Shown piece after piece: positions 46,124-55,733 of a stretch of 64,000 nt of DNA. Origin of the DNA: an uncultured bacterium. Lineage in GTDB: Bacteria > Zixibacteria > MSB-5A5 > GN15 > FEB-12. The stretch's first letter is position 1. Every line of letters begins with the position of its first letter. The notes beneath the pieces were generated by a model that saw only the letters and a list, made by a program, of their open reading frames with translations, ran no database searches and was not told the origin of the DNA. The translations under genes and the position numbers were made by a program. The stretch lies in the NCBI GenBank assembly GCA_965372795.1, contig CBDVDR010000015.1, positions 1-64,000 of the forward strand, read 5' to 3'.

Positions 46124-46351
46124 TACCAAAAACATCCCCATTATGTTTTAAGCATAATATCCTTACTTGCATGCAATAAGTTGCAGAGTTTATGCCTTTT
46201 AGTTTACAATAGTGTATAATTTATGAACACCCCTTAAAGTAGACTAATGCGCTCCCTTAATGAAGTTCTACCAGGCAGTGTAAGCCCTAGATAAACAACG
46301 AGTTAAAAAAGATGAGGTTTTGACAGTTATTATTGTCAATTTGTTATTTTT

Positions 46352-46367
46352 TGGCAAATTATTTGCT
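46352..46367 (+). promoter_or_regulatory. sigma54 (-24/-12) promoter
   Basis: TGGCAAATTATTTGCT fits GG-N10-GC; ~75 nt upstream of the ATG at 46440. Confidence 0.7.
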
Positions 46368-46439
46368 CTAAGCGGTGTAAAGATAACATGTAAATTTATT
46401 TACATGCGCAGTGTTTCAATTTGGTAAGCAGAAAAAATA

Positions 46440-47390
46440 ATGAATAGACAAATAGAAAATAAAATTAGTAACCAATCACAGATATCGAATAAAGTTGCAG
46501 TAACATTTACTGGAGATTCTTTTACAAGTGGAATTGCTACCGGTTTTAATGCTCCTGCAAGAGTATATCAACCTGTTTCAGCAACATATAATATTAAAGA
46601 AGCACTAAACTTTTTTTATTGCGAATATTTCAAAGGTCTGCTATTTTTAGGCATTACGATGGCATTTATATTTGTTATTCCAACTGTATTTACCAGACAG
46701 GGCGGTATCTCAGTAATGTTTAGTCGGATTATTAAAAGATCAATGGATATTGTCGGAGCTATTGTAGGATTGATTCTTACAACTCCGGTGTGGATATTAT
46801 TACCAATTATCATAAAGCTCGATTCAAAGGGTCCGGTTTTTTACTCTCAGGTTCGAGTTGGTATAAATCGTCGTAAAGAAAACCGGCGGATGTACCAAAA
46901 AACCGAGGTTAATGATAATCGGAACAGGGATAGAAGACGGGACGATTATAATGGTTCCACTTTTAAAGTTTTAAAATTCAGAACCATGGTTTCTGATGCT
47001 GAAAAAAGTTCAGGACCGGTTTGGGCTTCTAAAAATGACCCTCGAATTACGGTAATTGGCAATTTCTTAAGAAAAACCAGACTGGATGAGATTCCCCAAT
47101 TTATAAATATCCTGTTTGGGGATATGTCACTTGTTGGTCCTCGTCCGGAAAGACCGACTTTTGTTAAAGATTTATCCGGTAAAGTTGATTCATATACTGA
47201 TCGATTGAAAGTTAAACCGGGACTGACCGGATTAGCTCAGATTACAAACGGATATGACTCTTCAATTGCTGCTGTTGCTGAAAAGGTAAAACATGATCTT
47301 GAGTATATTGATAATTGGTCTGTTATGACTGATATAAAGATTATTCTTAAGACTTTCATTGTTGTTTTTACCGGTAAAGGTGCCCGTTAG
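46440..47390 (+). CDS. Priming sugar (phosphoglycosyl) transferase, Bac_transf family
   Basis: IKRSMDI, KFRTM, DPRIT, RLDEIPQ, GDMSLVGPRPERP and KPGLTGLAQ motifs. Confidence 0.95.
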   Translation: MNRQIENKISNQSQISNKVAVTFTGDSFTSGIATGFNAPARVYQPVSATYNIKEALNFFYCEYFKGLLFLGITMAFIFVIPTVFTRQGGISVMFSRIIKRSMDIVGAIVGLILTTPVWILLPIIIKLDSKGPVFYSQVRVGINRRKENRRMYQKTEVNDNRNRDRRRDDYNGSTFKVLKFRTMVSDAEKSSGPVWASKNDPRITVIGNFLRKTRLDEIPQFINILFGDMSLVGPRPERPTFVKDLSGKVDSYTDRLKVKPGLTGLAQITNGYDSSIAAVAEKVKHDLEYIDNWSVMTDIKIILKTFIVVFTGKGAR

Positions 47391-47418
47391 ATTAATTCAT
47401 ATATATGAGTGATATAAG

Positions 47419-47449
47419 AAAAGCTGTCTTTTTAGACAGCTTTTTTTTT
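47419..47449 (+). terminator. Intrinsic terminator
   Basis: AAAAGCTGTCT-tttt-AGACAGCTTTTTTTTT. Confidence 0.9.
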
Positions 47450-47524
47450 ACTCTTGTTTTATATAGTTGAATCGTATATTTTTCCGATAAATCTCATATG
47501 TTATTACAAGGACGAAATATAAAT

Positions 47525-48262
47525 ATGTTACTAAAAGGGATTTTAGCAATATTCACTTTATTATTGATTTTGACCTTAACTCCTTTGGTTCAAGCGCAAA
47601 ATCAGGGCATAGTTTCAGTTGATTCAAATCCGCAGGGAGCTGAAATAACTCTTTCCGGCAATGTCAAAGTTTCCGGTTTAACCCCGGCTACTTTTTCACA
47701 ACTAATGATCGGACAGTATAAACTCGAGATCAATAGAAGAGGGTATGAAAAATATTCTCAAACTGTAATGATTGATCCGGGTCGGCATTTTTCTATCTCT
47801 GCCAATTTATCCAAAAAGACAAGTATCAAAGCTGCTCTGCGTTCGATGGTTATACCCGGATGGGGACAGCGGTATTTTGATAAACGGGCAAAAGGAAATT
47901 TCCTGACTTTGTTGGCGGCAAGTTCGGTCGTTGCATACCTTATTGCTGATAGTGATTTTGATGACAAGTATGATGATTATCTTCTAAAACTTAATAAATT
48001 TGATCATCTAGCCATAATCGGTAATATTGTTGAACTCAAACAGGCAGAAGAAGAATTGAATACCGCCTTAAACGAAGCTTATGATGCTGAGAATATCAGA
48101 AGAACATTTATCGGATCAACAATTGCAATTTGGGGTATCTCTATTTTAGATGCTTTGTTTTTCTCGCCTGTGGAAAAAGGTGTTGTTGCTGTTAAAGGAA
48201 TTACGATTGAGCCACAGGCTGATTTAAAATCTGTAAGTATAACTTTATCTAAGGCATTTTAA
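47525..48262 (+). CDS. Secreted PEGA-domain plus DUF5683-like protein
   Basis: Signal peptide, VDSNPQGAEI..GLTP PEGA motif, LRSMVIPGWGQ motif; ATG 47525 preferred over 47498. Confidence 0.8.
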   Translation: MLLKGILAIFTLLLILTLTPLVQAQNQGIVSVDSNPQGAEITLSGNVKVSGLTPATFSQLMIGQYKLEINRRGYEKYSQTVMIDPGRHFSISANLSKKTSIKAALRSMVIPGWGQRYFDKRAKGNFLTLLAASSVVAYLIADSDFDDKYDDYLLKLNKFDHLAIIGNIVELKQAEEELNTALNEAYDAENIRRTFIGSTIAIWGISILDALFFSPVEKGVVAVKGITIEPQADLKSVSITLSKAF

Positions 48263-48270
48263 GATAAACT

Positions 48271-49821
48271 ATGAAAAAAATATTCATCTTAACAATTTTA
48301 ATTGTAGCATTGCTTGGTATAAATAGCTGCGATAGATATTTAGAATCCAACGATCCGGTCAGATCTATTCCGGATATTACAGTTAAACCTATCAATCTAA
48401 GCACTTCTGTTAGTGCCGATGCTGTGACTCTTGCCTGGGAAGTGGAAGATTCAACTGATATAAGTTTGTTTAAGGTTTACGTCTACGACTCAACTTTTAT
48501 AGATCAAGTTGATCAAATAAAACCCTTGAAGATTTATAATATTGCTGCTTATCAATATGAGGTTAAAAACCTGACAGTAAATCAAAAATATTATTTTCAG
48601 GTCTCAGCTGTGGTTATTGGCGGATATGAAAGCGAACCATCAGTTGTTGCCACCGCCCGTCCTTCGATTGTATCTATAAACATTAATGATAAAGCAGAAT
48701 TCACCAATAACAGAAATGTTCAAATCCAGTTATCGGCCCCGTCAACGGCAACCAATGTTATTCTTTCTGAACAAACAGATTTTTCAGATGCTTCCTTTGT
48801 ATCAATGTCAGCAGTTAAATCTTTTACAATATCCGAAGGGGACGGAGTCAAAACCGTCAATGCAAAATTTAAATTTTCCGATGGTTCCGAATCATCCGGT
48901 TTAATTTCCGATATTATTACCCTTGATACTGAAGTCAATATTGATTCAATAACCTTCAGCAGTAATGATACTATTGTTACCGGTGATACTATTATTTTTA
49001 AAATGTTTGCCAATGAGCCGGATGGATTGAGTACTATTTCATTTACCGGTTCTGGAATTCTTGAATTATATGATGATGGAACCCATAATGATGATTTAGC
49101 TGATGATGGAATATATACGACCTATTATAAAGTTCCTGTTAATCAAAATCTGAATCAACAACCTGTTACCGGTAACTTCACCGATGTCGCCGGCAATCGA
49201 ACCTCGCTGATCTCAGCTGATTTATTACAAATTTATAATCTTCCCGGCGGAGTCAATTTATCGGCCCTGGTTCTTTCAACTTATGAAATTTCCCTGAGCT
49301 GGACTCAATCCACCAATAGTGAATTTTTAGCCTACAGAATTTATCGTTCCACTGTTTCTCCGGTTGATGATAACTCGGAGTTGATTGTTTCATTGCCGGG
49401 CAGAGGAACAACCTCATATAATGACAATTCATTGGAAGATGGCACAACCTACTTTTATATTGTCTACGAGGTTTCAACCGCCGGTTTCAGTACCGCCTCT
49501 AATGAAATCAGTGCGGCAACAGAGTTTAATATTGCTCCGGAACCGGTAATCTTGTCAGTCGATTTCCAGGTCGATTCAACCATTGATTTAAGCTGGACTA
49601 CCTCAACTGCTGATGATTTTCAATATTACACTATCTTTAGAGCAGCTGATACAACCGCCGGGGGAGACCTTGATAGCCCCGTATCCTTAAGTATCATCAA
49701 TACAAAGGCAACCACTAATACTGTTTCTATCCCGCCCATTGGTATCAGTTACTATCAAGTCTTTGTCTATGATCGCCACAACGCCTCTGCAGGCTCAAAT
49801 ATCGTCAAGGTTGAAAGATAA
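48271..49821 (+). CDS. Fibronectin type III repeat lipoprotein
   Basis: Lipobox INS-C; three LxW...Y...YY FN3 patterns; LYDDGTHNDDLADDGIYT acidic motif. Confidence 0.82.
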   Translation: MKKIFILTILIVALLGINSCDRYLESNDPVRSIPDITVKPINLSTSVSADAVTLAWEVEDSTDISLFKVYVYDSTFIDQVDQIKPLKIYNIAAYQYEVKNLTVNQKYYFQVSAVVIGGYESEPSVVATARPSIVSININDKAEFTNNRNVQIQLSAPSTATNVILSEQTDFSDASFVSMSAVKSFTISEGDGVKTVNAKFKFSDGSESSGLISDIITLDTEVNIDSITFSSNDTIVTGDTIIFKMFANEPDGLSTISFTGSGILELYDDGTHNDDLADDGIYTTYYKVPVNQNLNQQPVTGNFTDVAGNRTSLISADLLQIYNLPGGVNLSALVLSTYEISLSWTQSTNSEFLAYRIYRSTVSPVDDNSELIVSLPGRGTTSYNDNSLEDGTTYFYIVYEVSTAGFSTASNEISAATEFNIAPEPVILSVDFQVDSTIDLSWTTSTADDFQYYTIFRAADTTAGGDLDSPVSLSIINTKATTNTVSIPPIGISYYQVFVYDRHNASAGSNIVKVER

Positions 49822-49832
49822 ACGGGTATAAA

Positions 49833-50663
49833 ATGAACAGTATTGGATTTATCAATAGATTTATCGGGCTTTTTATTGAGACTATCAAACAGATTGGTGC
49901 CGGAAAAGTCTGGCTGGTTCTTTTTGGTTATTTTTTCATAAACTGGATTATTCTTTTTGCCCACCATAATTTCTATCTGCCGATATTTTATGGAATTATA
50001 TCTGTTTGGACTTCTCTATTTGGGGAGACTTATGCAACCGGATTTATTCATTATCCCGGCCATCTCCAATTTCTCGGATATTTCTTCGGCTGGGGAAAAT
50101 TCTTTTTTGCCCTATTTTTCGAAGGTATAATTTTAGCCTATGTTGCCCGTTTATTCTATCTCCGTTATTCTCCTCAAAAAAAATTCACAACTTCCTTGAA
50201 AAAAATCTGGCTCCATTTGGTTATGGCGTGGATCTTAATGAATGGTATATTGCTTCTGATAAGCACACAACTGCCACCCTTGGTTAATGGATTGATTGTA
50301 AATTCACCCCGCCGGGAGCTGATATTCAATTATGGCATTATTCCATTTCTTTATTTTCTGGTTTTTTCATTATTCTTTTTTGTTATACCAATAATTGCCA
50401 TTTATGAAGAATCCTTTCTAAAAGCGGTAAAACGCTCATTAACTATATTTATTCAAAATCCCTTAACCTGCTTTTTTATCTCTTTTCTGGTGTTGCTTGG
50501 CCCCATAGTTATATCTTTTGTAACCAACAACCCCACTATAATAATAGAAAAATTTGACCCGGAACTTGTTTACTGGGTCCTGATATTCAGCCTTGTCATT
50601 GATATCTTTGCAAATTTCTTCTGGATTGGAACTGTTGTCAGGTTCCTTTATGATGAAGAATAA
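49833..50663 (+). CDS. Hypothetical multi-pass membrane protein
   Basis: About six hydrophobic helices; 'ESFLKAVKRS' loop. Confidence 0.75.
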   Translation: MNSIGFINRFIGLFIETIKQIGAGKVWLVLFGYFFINWIILFAHHNFYLPIFYGIISVWTSLFGETYATGFIHYPGHLQFLGYFFGWGKFFFALFFEGIILAYVARLFYLRYSPQKKFTTSLKKIWLHLVMAWILMNGILLLISTQLPPLVNGLIVNSPRRELIFNYGIIPFLYFLVFSLFFFVIPIIAIYEESFLKAVKRSLTIFIQNPLTCFFISFLVLLGPIVISFVTNNPTIIIEKFDPELVYWVLIFSLVIDIFANFFWIGTVVRFLYDEE

Positions 50664-50912
50664 TCTTTAAACTACAATTTTAATTTTTAAACTAATTTTT
50701 TGACAGATCCTGCCTGTTTGTCTATTTATGTTTCATCTGTTTCATTATGAAAAGGTTCAGCGTAATTATCTGTTTCATAGGGGAAAGATGAAAAATTATG
50801 CAGTCATTCATGCATCTTTTTTTTAGAAAAACCGTGTCAGATCAAGATTTTTCCTTTATAAAAAATAATTCCTTCCGATAAAATTTATATACTTGGAAGG
50901 TAGATAAAAAAA

Positions 50913-52340
50913 ATGAAGAAGATTCTGTTAGTAGATGACGACAAAGATTTATCCTTATCTCTCGCTAATCTTTTCGATCCGGGAAAGTTTAGTTTTCAGT
51001 TCTTAGCTGATGGCAACACGGTTGAAGAGTATGTTAATGATAACGATGATCTCGATCTGGTGATGCTTGATGTTAATTTGCCGACCTTATCCGGATTAGA
51101 AGTTCTCCGTAAAATTAAAGAGAAAAAATCGAATCTCCCCGTAATAGTTATCTCCGGTTTTATCTCAACTGAAAATGCAATGGAAGCTATGCGCGAAGGT
51201 GCCTATGAGTACCTGACCAAGCCTTTTGATATCGAACGATTAGTTGATACTGTGAACAAAGCCTGTTCTTTTTCTGGAGCAGCTAAAAGCCCGTTCATAC
51301 CCTCTAAAGAAGAATCAACTGACGGATTAAATGAAATTATTGGCAAATCGCCTGAAATCGTTGAAATAGCCAAACTGATTGGACAGGTTGCCAAAACTGA
51401 TGCCGCCGTTTTAATCTTTGGCGAATCCGGAACCGGTAAAGAATTGGTCGCCCGGGCAATTCACCGCAATTCCAAAAGAAATTCAAATGCATTCCTTTCG
51501 GTGAACTGTGCCGCCTTGCATGAAACCTTGTTAGAGTCAGAACTTTTCGGTCATGAAAAAGGTGCCTTCACCGGTGCCTATTTTAAACGTATTGGTAAAT
51601 TTGAACAGGCTGATTCGGGAAGTCTATTCCTTGATGAAATCGGCGATATGTCGATGCTGACCCAATCCAAACTATTGCGCGTTCTCCAGGAGAAAAAGTT
51701 TGAACGGGTTGGCGGGAACGAATCGATAAATGCTGATGTCAGACTGATTGCAGCCACCAATAAATCGCTGGTTCAACTTATGAAAGAAGGTTCTTTCAGA
51801 GTTGATCTGTTCTATCGGTTAAAAGTTTTCTCAATCTATATACCTCCATTGAGAGAACGACGCGGTGATATTCCCCAGTTGGTTGAACATTTTTGTGACA
51901 AGTTTTCCCAGCAATTGGGTGAACCGGTCAAAAGAGTTTCCAAAAAAGCTATTCAGGCGATGATCAAATATCAGTGGCCCGGAAATGTTAGGGAACTTGA
52001 AAACAATGTCCATACCGCTTTGGTCATGTCAAAAGGTGAAAAACTCGAAGTTGAAGATTTCCCGGCTTTTAGTGAAGAAAAAGACAAACCGGAAATTACC
52101 GTTAGTGAACTCAAAGATGATTACACTGAAAATTTCCTCAAATTTGTCGAACCGATTATGCCAAAACTAATTGCTTCATACCCCGGACAAATCTATCAAT
52201 TGCTCGAATCATCCTTTGAAAGAGCTGTGATTTCGACCTGTCTGAAACAGTTCAATGGCAATCAGGTGAAAACATCAGAGACCCTCGGTATCTCAAGAAA
52301 TACTCTCAGAGACCGAATCTCTCGCTACGAAATCTACTAA
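50913..52340 (+). CDS. NtrC-family sigma54-dependent response regulator
   Basis: REC domain (VDDD, MLDV, KPF), GESGTGKE, GAFTGA, WPGNVREL, Fis HTH LGISRNTL. Confidence 0.97.
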   Translation: MKKILLVDDDKDLSLSLANLFDPGKFSFQFLADGNTVEEYVNDNDDLDLVMLDVNLPTLSGLEVLRKIKEKKSNLPVIVISGFISTENAMEAMREGAYEYLTKPFDIERLVDTVNKACSFSGAAKSPFIPSKEESTDGLNEIIGKSPEIVEIAKLIGQVAKTDAAVLIFGESGTGKELVARAIHRNSKRNSNAFLSVNCAALHETLLESELFGHEKGAFTGAYFKRIGKFEQADSGSLFLDEIGDMSMLTQSKLLRVLQEKKFERVGGNESINADVRLIAATNKSLVQLMKEGSFRVDLFYRLKVFSIYIPPLRERRGDIPQLVEHFCDKFSQQLGEPVKRVSKKAIQAMIKYQWPGNVRELENNVHTALVMSKGEKLEVEDFPAFSEEKDKPEITVSELKDDYTENFLKFVEPIMPKLIASYPGQIYQLLESSFERAVISTCLKQFNGNQVKTSETLGISRNTLRDRISRYEIY

Positions 52341-52380
52341 CCAACGCAGTTGGTTATATCCGTCCGGAATTTATTTCTAA

Positions 52381-52529
52381 TCTATCAAATTTGATAGAAA
52401 CATGCTCCCCCCAGATCAGTCCAAGTAGGGCAGGATCCCTGTGATCCTGCCAATTTTTTATGTTCTGTTGGGTCCTGATTTGCCGAAGGTTCGCCATGGC
52501 GAATGACCCGACAGGCTCCCCCAGTTCAG
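52381..52529. repeat. Cluster of REP-like palindromes
   Basis: TCTATCAAATTTGATAGA; GTAG-GGCAGGATC-cctgt-GATCCTGCC; TGTTGGGTC...GACCCGACA enclosing TTCGCCATGGCGAA. Confidence 0.65.
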
Positions 52530-52676
52530 AAATGAAAGGTCTGTGTATTAGAATTATTACATATCTCTCATAAAATCCAATTTTCCAAATTTAAATAAAC
52601 AGGCTACGCCTGTCACATATTTCAAAAAAAACTTTAAGCCTGTTTCTTTTTGAAACAGTTTGCATATATTTACCAC

Positions 52677-53792
52677 ATGAGATTCTGCCACTTTTCAGAC
52701 AGCCATCTTGGTGCCGGAGCCAACCACCCCAAACGGGGCAAAACCGGTCTGACTCTGCGTCAGGAAGATATCATCAATGCCTTTATCGAATCGATTGATA
52801 AAATAATCGCCCTGAAACCGGATTTCTGTATTTACTCCGGCGACCTGTTTGATAATGTCCGTCCTATTAACCGGATTATTGCCATCGCAGGCGAGCATTT
52901 TCACCGTCTGGCGGAGGTAAATAAAATCCCCACTATATTGATTGCCGGCAACCACGATGCCCCCAAACAGCCACATATAGGCGCTGCTGTGGAAATCTAC
53001 AAGCAGATCGACAACCTTTATGTTGCGTGTGATTCAACCCTTGAAATCATCACTATCGGCGATGCGAAAATCTTTGCCTTACCGCATTGTCTGACGACTG
53101 ATATTCAGAAAACCGAACTTAAAAAACTGATCCCTGATACCAACTCAAAATACAATTTGCTGACGATGCATGGTGTCGCATCGGGGATGCCCGAATTTGC
53201 GATGGCGGAACTGGGCGAACAGGAAATTCCGGTCGAGCTGATGGACAAATTTGACTATACCGCTCTGGGACATTTTCATAACTATTGTCAGGTCGGTAAA
53301 CGAACCTGGTATAGCGGATCGACCGAACGAACTTCGCAGTCGGAACGGGATTCTGCTAAAGGATTTCTTGAGATTGAGATGGAACCTTTCAAACTGAAAT
53401 TTCATGAAGTTAAAACCCGTGAGATGGTTGATGTCCAGATGATCAACGCCGCCGGTAAGCGCGGGGATGAGTTGGCGATTATTATCAAGGAGAAAATCAA
53501 ACAGATTGATAGTTCGGATAAAATTGTCCGGTTGAAAATTAAAGAAGTTTCTGAGGAAACCCTTAAGACTTTACCGGTTGGGGTGATTAACGAGTTGAAA
53601 CAAAAATCATTTGCCTTGGATATTGGTTTTGAGAAAGTCAAAAACGACGACACGCCTCAATCTTTCGGACGGTCATCGATTGGTAGGATTGATGAAGGTT
53701 TTTTAGAGTTTCTTGAAACGGTTGATTTGAAAGGTTTTGATCGTGCCCGCCTCAAAAAAGAAGCCATCAAATACCTCAGCGTAGAGGGGTAG
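52677..53792 (+). CDS. SbcD/Mre11-like metallophosphoesterase nuclease
   Basis: HFSDSHLG, GDLFD, GNHD, ALGHFH and YSGSTER motifs; ATG 52677 preferred over TTG 52650. Confidence 0.9.
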   Translation: MRFCHFSDSHLGAGANHPKRGKTGLTLRQEDIINAFIESIDKIIALKPDFCIYSGDLFDNVRPINRIIAIAGEHFHRLAEVNKIPTILIAGNHDAPKQPHIGAAVEIYKQIDNLYVACDSTLEIITIGDAKIFALPHCLTTDIQKTELKKLIPDTNSKYNLLTMHGVASGMPEFAMAELGEQEIPVELMDKFDYTALGHFHNYCQVGKRTWYSGSTERTSQSERDSAKGFLEIEMEPFKLKFHEVKTREMVDVQMINAAGKRGDELAIIIKEKIKQIDSSDKIVRLKIKEVSEETLKTLPVGVINELKQKSFALDIGFEKVKNDDTPQSFGRSSIGRIDEGFLEFLETVDLKGFDRARLKKEAIKYLSVEG

Positions 53793-53911
53793 TGGGAATA
53801 AACCGTGGGGGCTTTAAAATGAATATTTATATTATAGCAGAGTATTGTATTTAAATATAAGTTTGGTTTCAAATATCTTCCAAAATATTAATAATGGGGG
53901 AATGATAAACA

Positions 53912-54787
53912 ATGATTTTAGGAATTTTCAATAATAGAGAAATTGCTATAATTATATGGGCAATTATCGTTCTGATATATCTGTTTCAAAAAAAGGAATT
54001 AAAAAGAAGTTTGAATGATTTCTTGCGAACTTTTTTTGTTATCAAAATACAAATTCCACTAATAATTATGTGTGTTTATGCAATAACGATTGTCTTTTTC
54101 TTGCATGATCTTAAATTTTGGGATCAGACCATGTTAAAAGATACAATAGTATGGTTTATTTTTTCAGGATCTTATTTCATGTTTAAATTTGTTACTTCAA
54201 AAAAAAGTATCAACTCCTTCAAGCAAGCAATAACAGACAATTTAAAATTAGTGATTATTTTGGAATTAGTAATAAATGCATATACATTTAGTCTTTTTGG
54301 TGAATTGATTTTATTGCCTATTATCACTCTTTTTTCATTTATCATAACAATTAGTAAAATTAGAAAAATAGGTAGGATTGTTATTTTAACCCTAGAATTT
54401 TTGCTATCAATTTTCGGTGTTATACTATTGTATTTGAGTGTTTCTGAAATAATAAGTGATGTGTATGGCTTTGTGAATCTTGAAACACTAAAAAGCTTGA
54501 TATTGCCAATTATTTTAACAATAACATTTATACCATTTATTTATTTTCTAACAATATACTCCATGTATGAAAATATTTATGTACGTGTATTTGTTGGTGC
54601 TAAGTATGATAAAAGGAAAAGTAGAATAATTATATTTGAAATTTTTAAATTTTGTCTTTTAAGTTTTACAAAAATTGAATTTGTACAACAAATGAATTAT
54701 TATGAATTAAGTCACATTAAAACGAAAAATGATATTGTTACTATACTTGAAGAATATGAAGATAAAAAAGTCGCATTGAACGAGTAG
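53912..54787 (+). CDS. Hypothetical multi-TM protein, very AT-rich
   Basis: 291-aa ORF with ~7 hydrophobic helices; GGGGGA upstream. Confidence 0.8.
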   Translation: MILGIFNNREIAIIIWAIIVLIYLFQKKELKRSLNDFLRTFFVIKIQIPLIIMCVYAITIVFFLHDLKFWDQTMLKDTIVWFIFSGSYFMFKFVTSKKSINSFKQAITDNLKLVIILELVINAYTFSLFGELILLPIITLFSFIITISKIRKIGRIVILTLEFLLSIFGVILLYLSVSEIISDVYGFVNLETLKSLILPIILTITFIPFIYFLTIYSMYENIYVRVFVGAKYDKRKSRIIIFEIFKFCLLSFTKIEFVQQMNYYELSHIKTKNDIVTILEEYEDKKVALNE

Positions 54788-54933
54788 TCCGAAACCCTTG
54801 CGGTTTCGGCAATTAGGATTGTATCATTGACATGGACAATCTGGTAGGCTATATTCAACAAAATCGCAGAAAAGAATATTGTTTTTTTATATAAATTCAA
54901 TTCTTACACTGAAGCAAATCGAAAGGGATTCTT

Positions 54934-55110
54934 ATGGCATTGGTGAATTGTCCAATATGTAAAACTGAAGTATCAAAGAAAGCTAACTCTTGTCCAAAAT
55001 GCGGACATCCTTTCAAAAAAACACCTCAAGGGATGAGTGGTTGTGGTCTCTTCTTTGTTATAGTCAGCGCAATTGTAGTTGCTGCAATCCTAATTAGTCT
55101 GGGGTTATAA
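54934..55110 (+). CDS. Small zinc-ribbon protein with C-terminal TM helix
   Basis: Translated by hand: MALVNCPICKTEVSKKANSCPKCGHPFKKTPQGMSGCGLFFVIVSAIVVAAILISLGL (58 aa); AAGGGA RBS; not in ORF track. Confidence 0.85.
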   Translation: MALVNCPICKTEVSKKANSCPKCGHPFKKTPQGMSGCGLFFVIVSAIVVAAILISLGL

Positions 55111-55115
55111 ATTAA

Positions 55116-55526
55116 ATGGATAGAAATTTCAAATATCTTTTAGATCCACTATTTCTTTTTTCTATAACACTATATTCAATAAATAAATCTTCGTTTTTTG
55201 TTCATGAATTTTGGAGTTACGAATTCAGCAATTTCTATCTCAATGATATTCTCCTAGTTCCAGTTCTTATCCCAATAATATTATTTTTTTCAAAGTTTTT
55301 AAAAATTAGAAATAATTATTCTCCACCAATGTTTTCAGAAATAATTATACCATTAGCTATTTGGTCTATAGCTTTTGAATTAGTCGGGCCTTTTTATTTT
55401 GGCAAAGGAACATCCGATCTCTTAGATATTATTGCTTATTGTTTCGGTGGTTTAATAGGTTGGATAATATGGAATCGAGGTTATTTATTTATTCAATTTA
55501 GAGGATATGTTGGTAAACCAATATAA
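55116..55526 (+). CDS. Hypothetical membrane protein
   Basis: Four hydrophobic helices; FYLNDIL...FEL...D..DI..Y..G pattern reminiscent of VanZ/DUF2809-like small membrane families. Confidence 0.75.
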   Translation: MDRNFKYLLDPLFLFSITLYSINKSSFFVHEFWSYEFSNFYLNDILLVPVLIPIILFFSKFLKIRNNYSPPMFSEIIIPLAIWSIAFELVGPFYFGKGTSDLLDIIAYCFGGLIGWIIWNRGYLFIQFRGYVGKPI

Positions 55527-55733
55527 TGTGAATATCATAAGACAATCCTCTCTTTCATTTTTCCCACCAATTCATTGATGATTACGAAATCGCACCCCTC
55601 TATAAAAGGAAGAACGGTAAGTTATGTCCAAAATTCTAACTACAAAATTAACAAATCAAACAAACTGGAAAATCACAAAAAGTGAGTTCAAAGTACCGTA
55701 ACATTCGAGATATGCGCAAGTATACAAAAGTAA

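Noticed and set aside
53793..55650. Integron cassette array
   Set aside because: No convincing attC sites (RYYYAAC...GTTRRRY) between the genes and no integrase.
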